Assembly: GCA_025454115.1 (NCBI GenBank)
Contig: JALOPB010000003.1
Coordinates: 7,036-71,035, forward strand
Source: Desulfobacterales bacterium
Lineage (GTDB): Bacteria; Desulfobacterota; Desulfobacteria; Desulfobacterales; SpSt-501
Length of the DNA: 64,000 bases
Direction of reading: 5' to 3'
The notes under the pieces were generated by a model. That model was not told the origin of the DNA and made no database searches. It was given only the letters and a program-made list of their open reading frames with translations. The translations under genes and the position numbers were made by a program. Positions 63,685-64,000 of the stretch are shown piece after piece (the first letter of the stretch is position 1; every line of letters starts with the position of its first letter).

Positions 63685-63729
63685 CAAGCTTTCACCTTCG
63701 GGCTGAATGGCTGATAAGAACGGGGACAC

Positions 63730-64000
63730 ATGCAGAAAGTCTGGATCATCGGCGGCGGGAAATTCGGACTGCGAGCAGCCGAAACCATCGGCAGCGCGGG
63801 TGCGGCAGCCGACATCCTCATCGTTGATAAGGACCCGCGTCGGTGCCGGAAAATTGAAGACAGGGGCTTCCATGTGGTTGAAGGCGACGGAGTCGAGTTT
63901 CTAAAAAGCCGTCTCGAAAGCCCCCGTCAAAGGCAATGGATCGTGGCGGCCGCTCCGATTCATGTGGCCTATGAATGGATGCGGGCATGTCTCCCCGGCA
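63730..64000 (+). CDS. Partial (5' end only) TrkA-N/Rossmann-type NAD-binding domain protein
   Basis: This ORF is not in the supplied track because it runs off the window. I translated it by hand from the ATG at 63730 as MQKVWIIGGGKFGLRAAETIGSAGAAADILIVDKDPRRCRKIEDRGFHVVEGDGVEFL... and found no stop before position 64000. Confidence 0.5.
   Translation, partial: MQKVWIIGGGKFGLRAAETIGSAGAAADILIVDKDPRRCRKIEDRGFHVVEGDGVEFLKSRLESPRQRQWIVAAAPIHVAYEWMRACLPG

Overview
The window reads as a contiguous chromosomal segment of a high-GC deltaproteobacterium-like (Desulfobacterota-type) genome. That taxonomic call is inferred only from gene content and protein style. Coding density is about 90 percent on both strands. 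I saw no CRISPR array, transposase, integrase or rRNA. Most genes are housekeeping: a four-subunit 2-oxoacid:ferredoxin oxidoreductase, pilD, lon, tsaB, psd, asd, greA, rpoZ, folE2, dtd, tex, hisB, hisA, dnaG, rpoD, ispD, mutS, queH, yggS and maf. There are also two tRNA genes, Ala-CGC and a CAU-anticodon tRNA, and a compact type-A RNase P RNA. Three regions are not explained by housekeeping. (1) 39.1-49.2 kb is a nine-gene envelope and Ser/Thr-phosphosignalling island. It holds an ExeA-like AAA+ ATPase fused to an OmpA domain, a 2-TM protein, a secreted protein with an internal duplication, an orphan CheY receiver, a non-RD Hanks kinase coupled to a 727-aa protein ending in a dead GGDEF domain that keeps its I-site, a double-FHA protein, and a membrane protein with a divergent kinase fold. 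This is my best candidate for an undescribed system. (2) 49.3-52.6 kb is a tightly overlapping operon of Mut7-C nuclease, RimK-like ATP-grasp, dGTPase-like HD protein and UPF0280. (3) 21.1-25.5 kb holds a partner-less YcaO-TPR protein convergent with a dynamin-like GTPase, plus a small 4-Cys protein. A 444-aa protein with a C-terminal HPr domain (33.3-34.6 kb) and an intergenic RNA with mutually exclusive helices (59.54-59.61 kb) also deserve a look. All calls come from reading the translated ORFs and motifs by eye. Start codons are often uncertain by tens of bases, and no database search, HMM or folding program was run.
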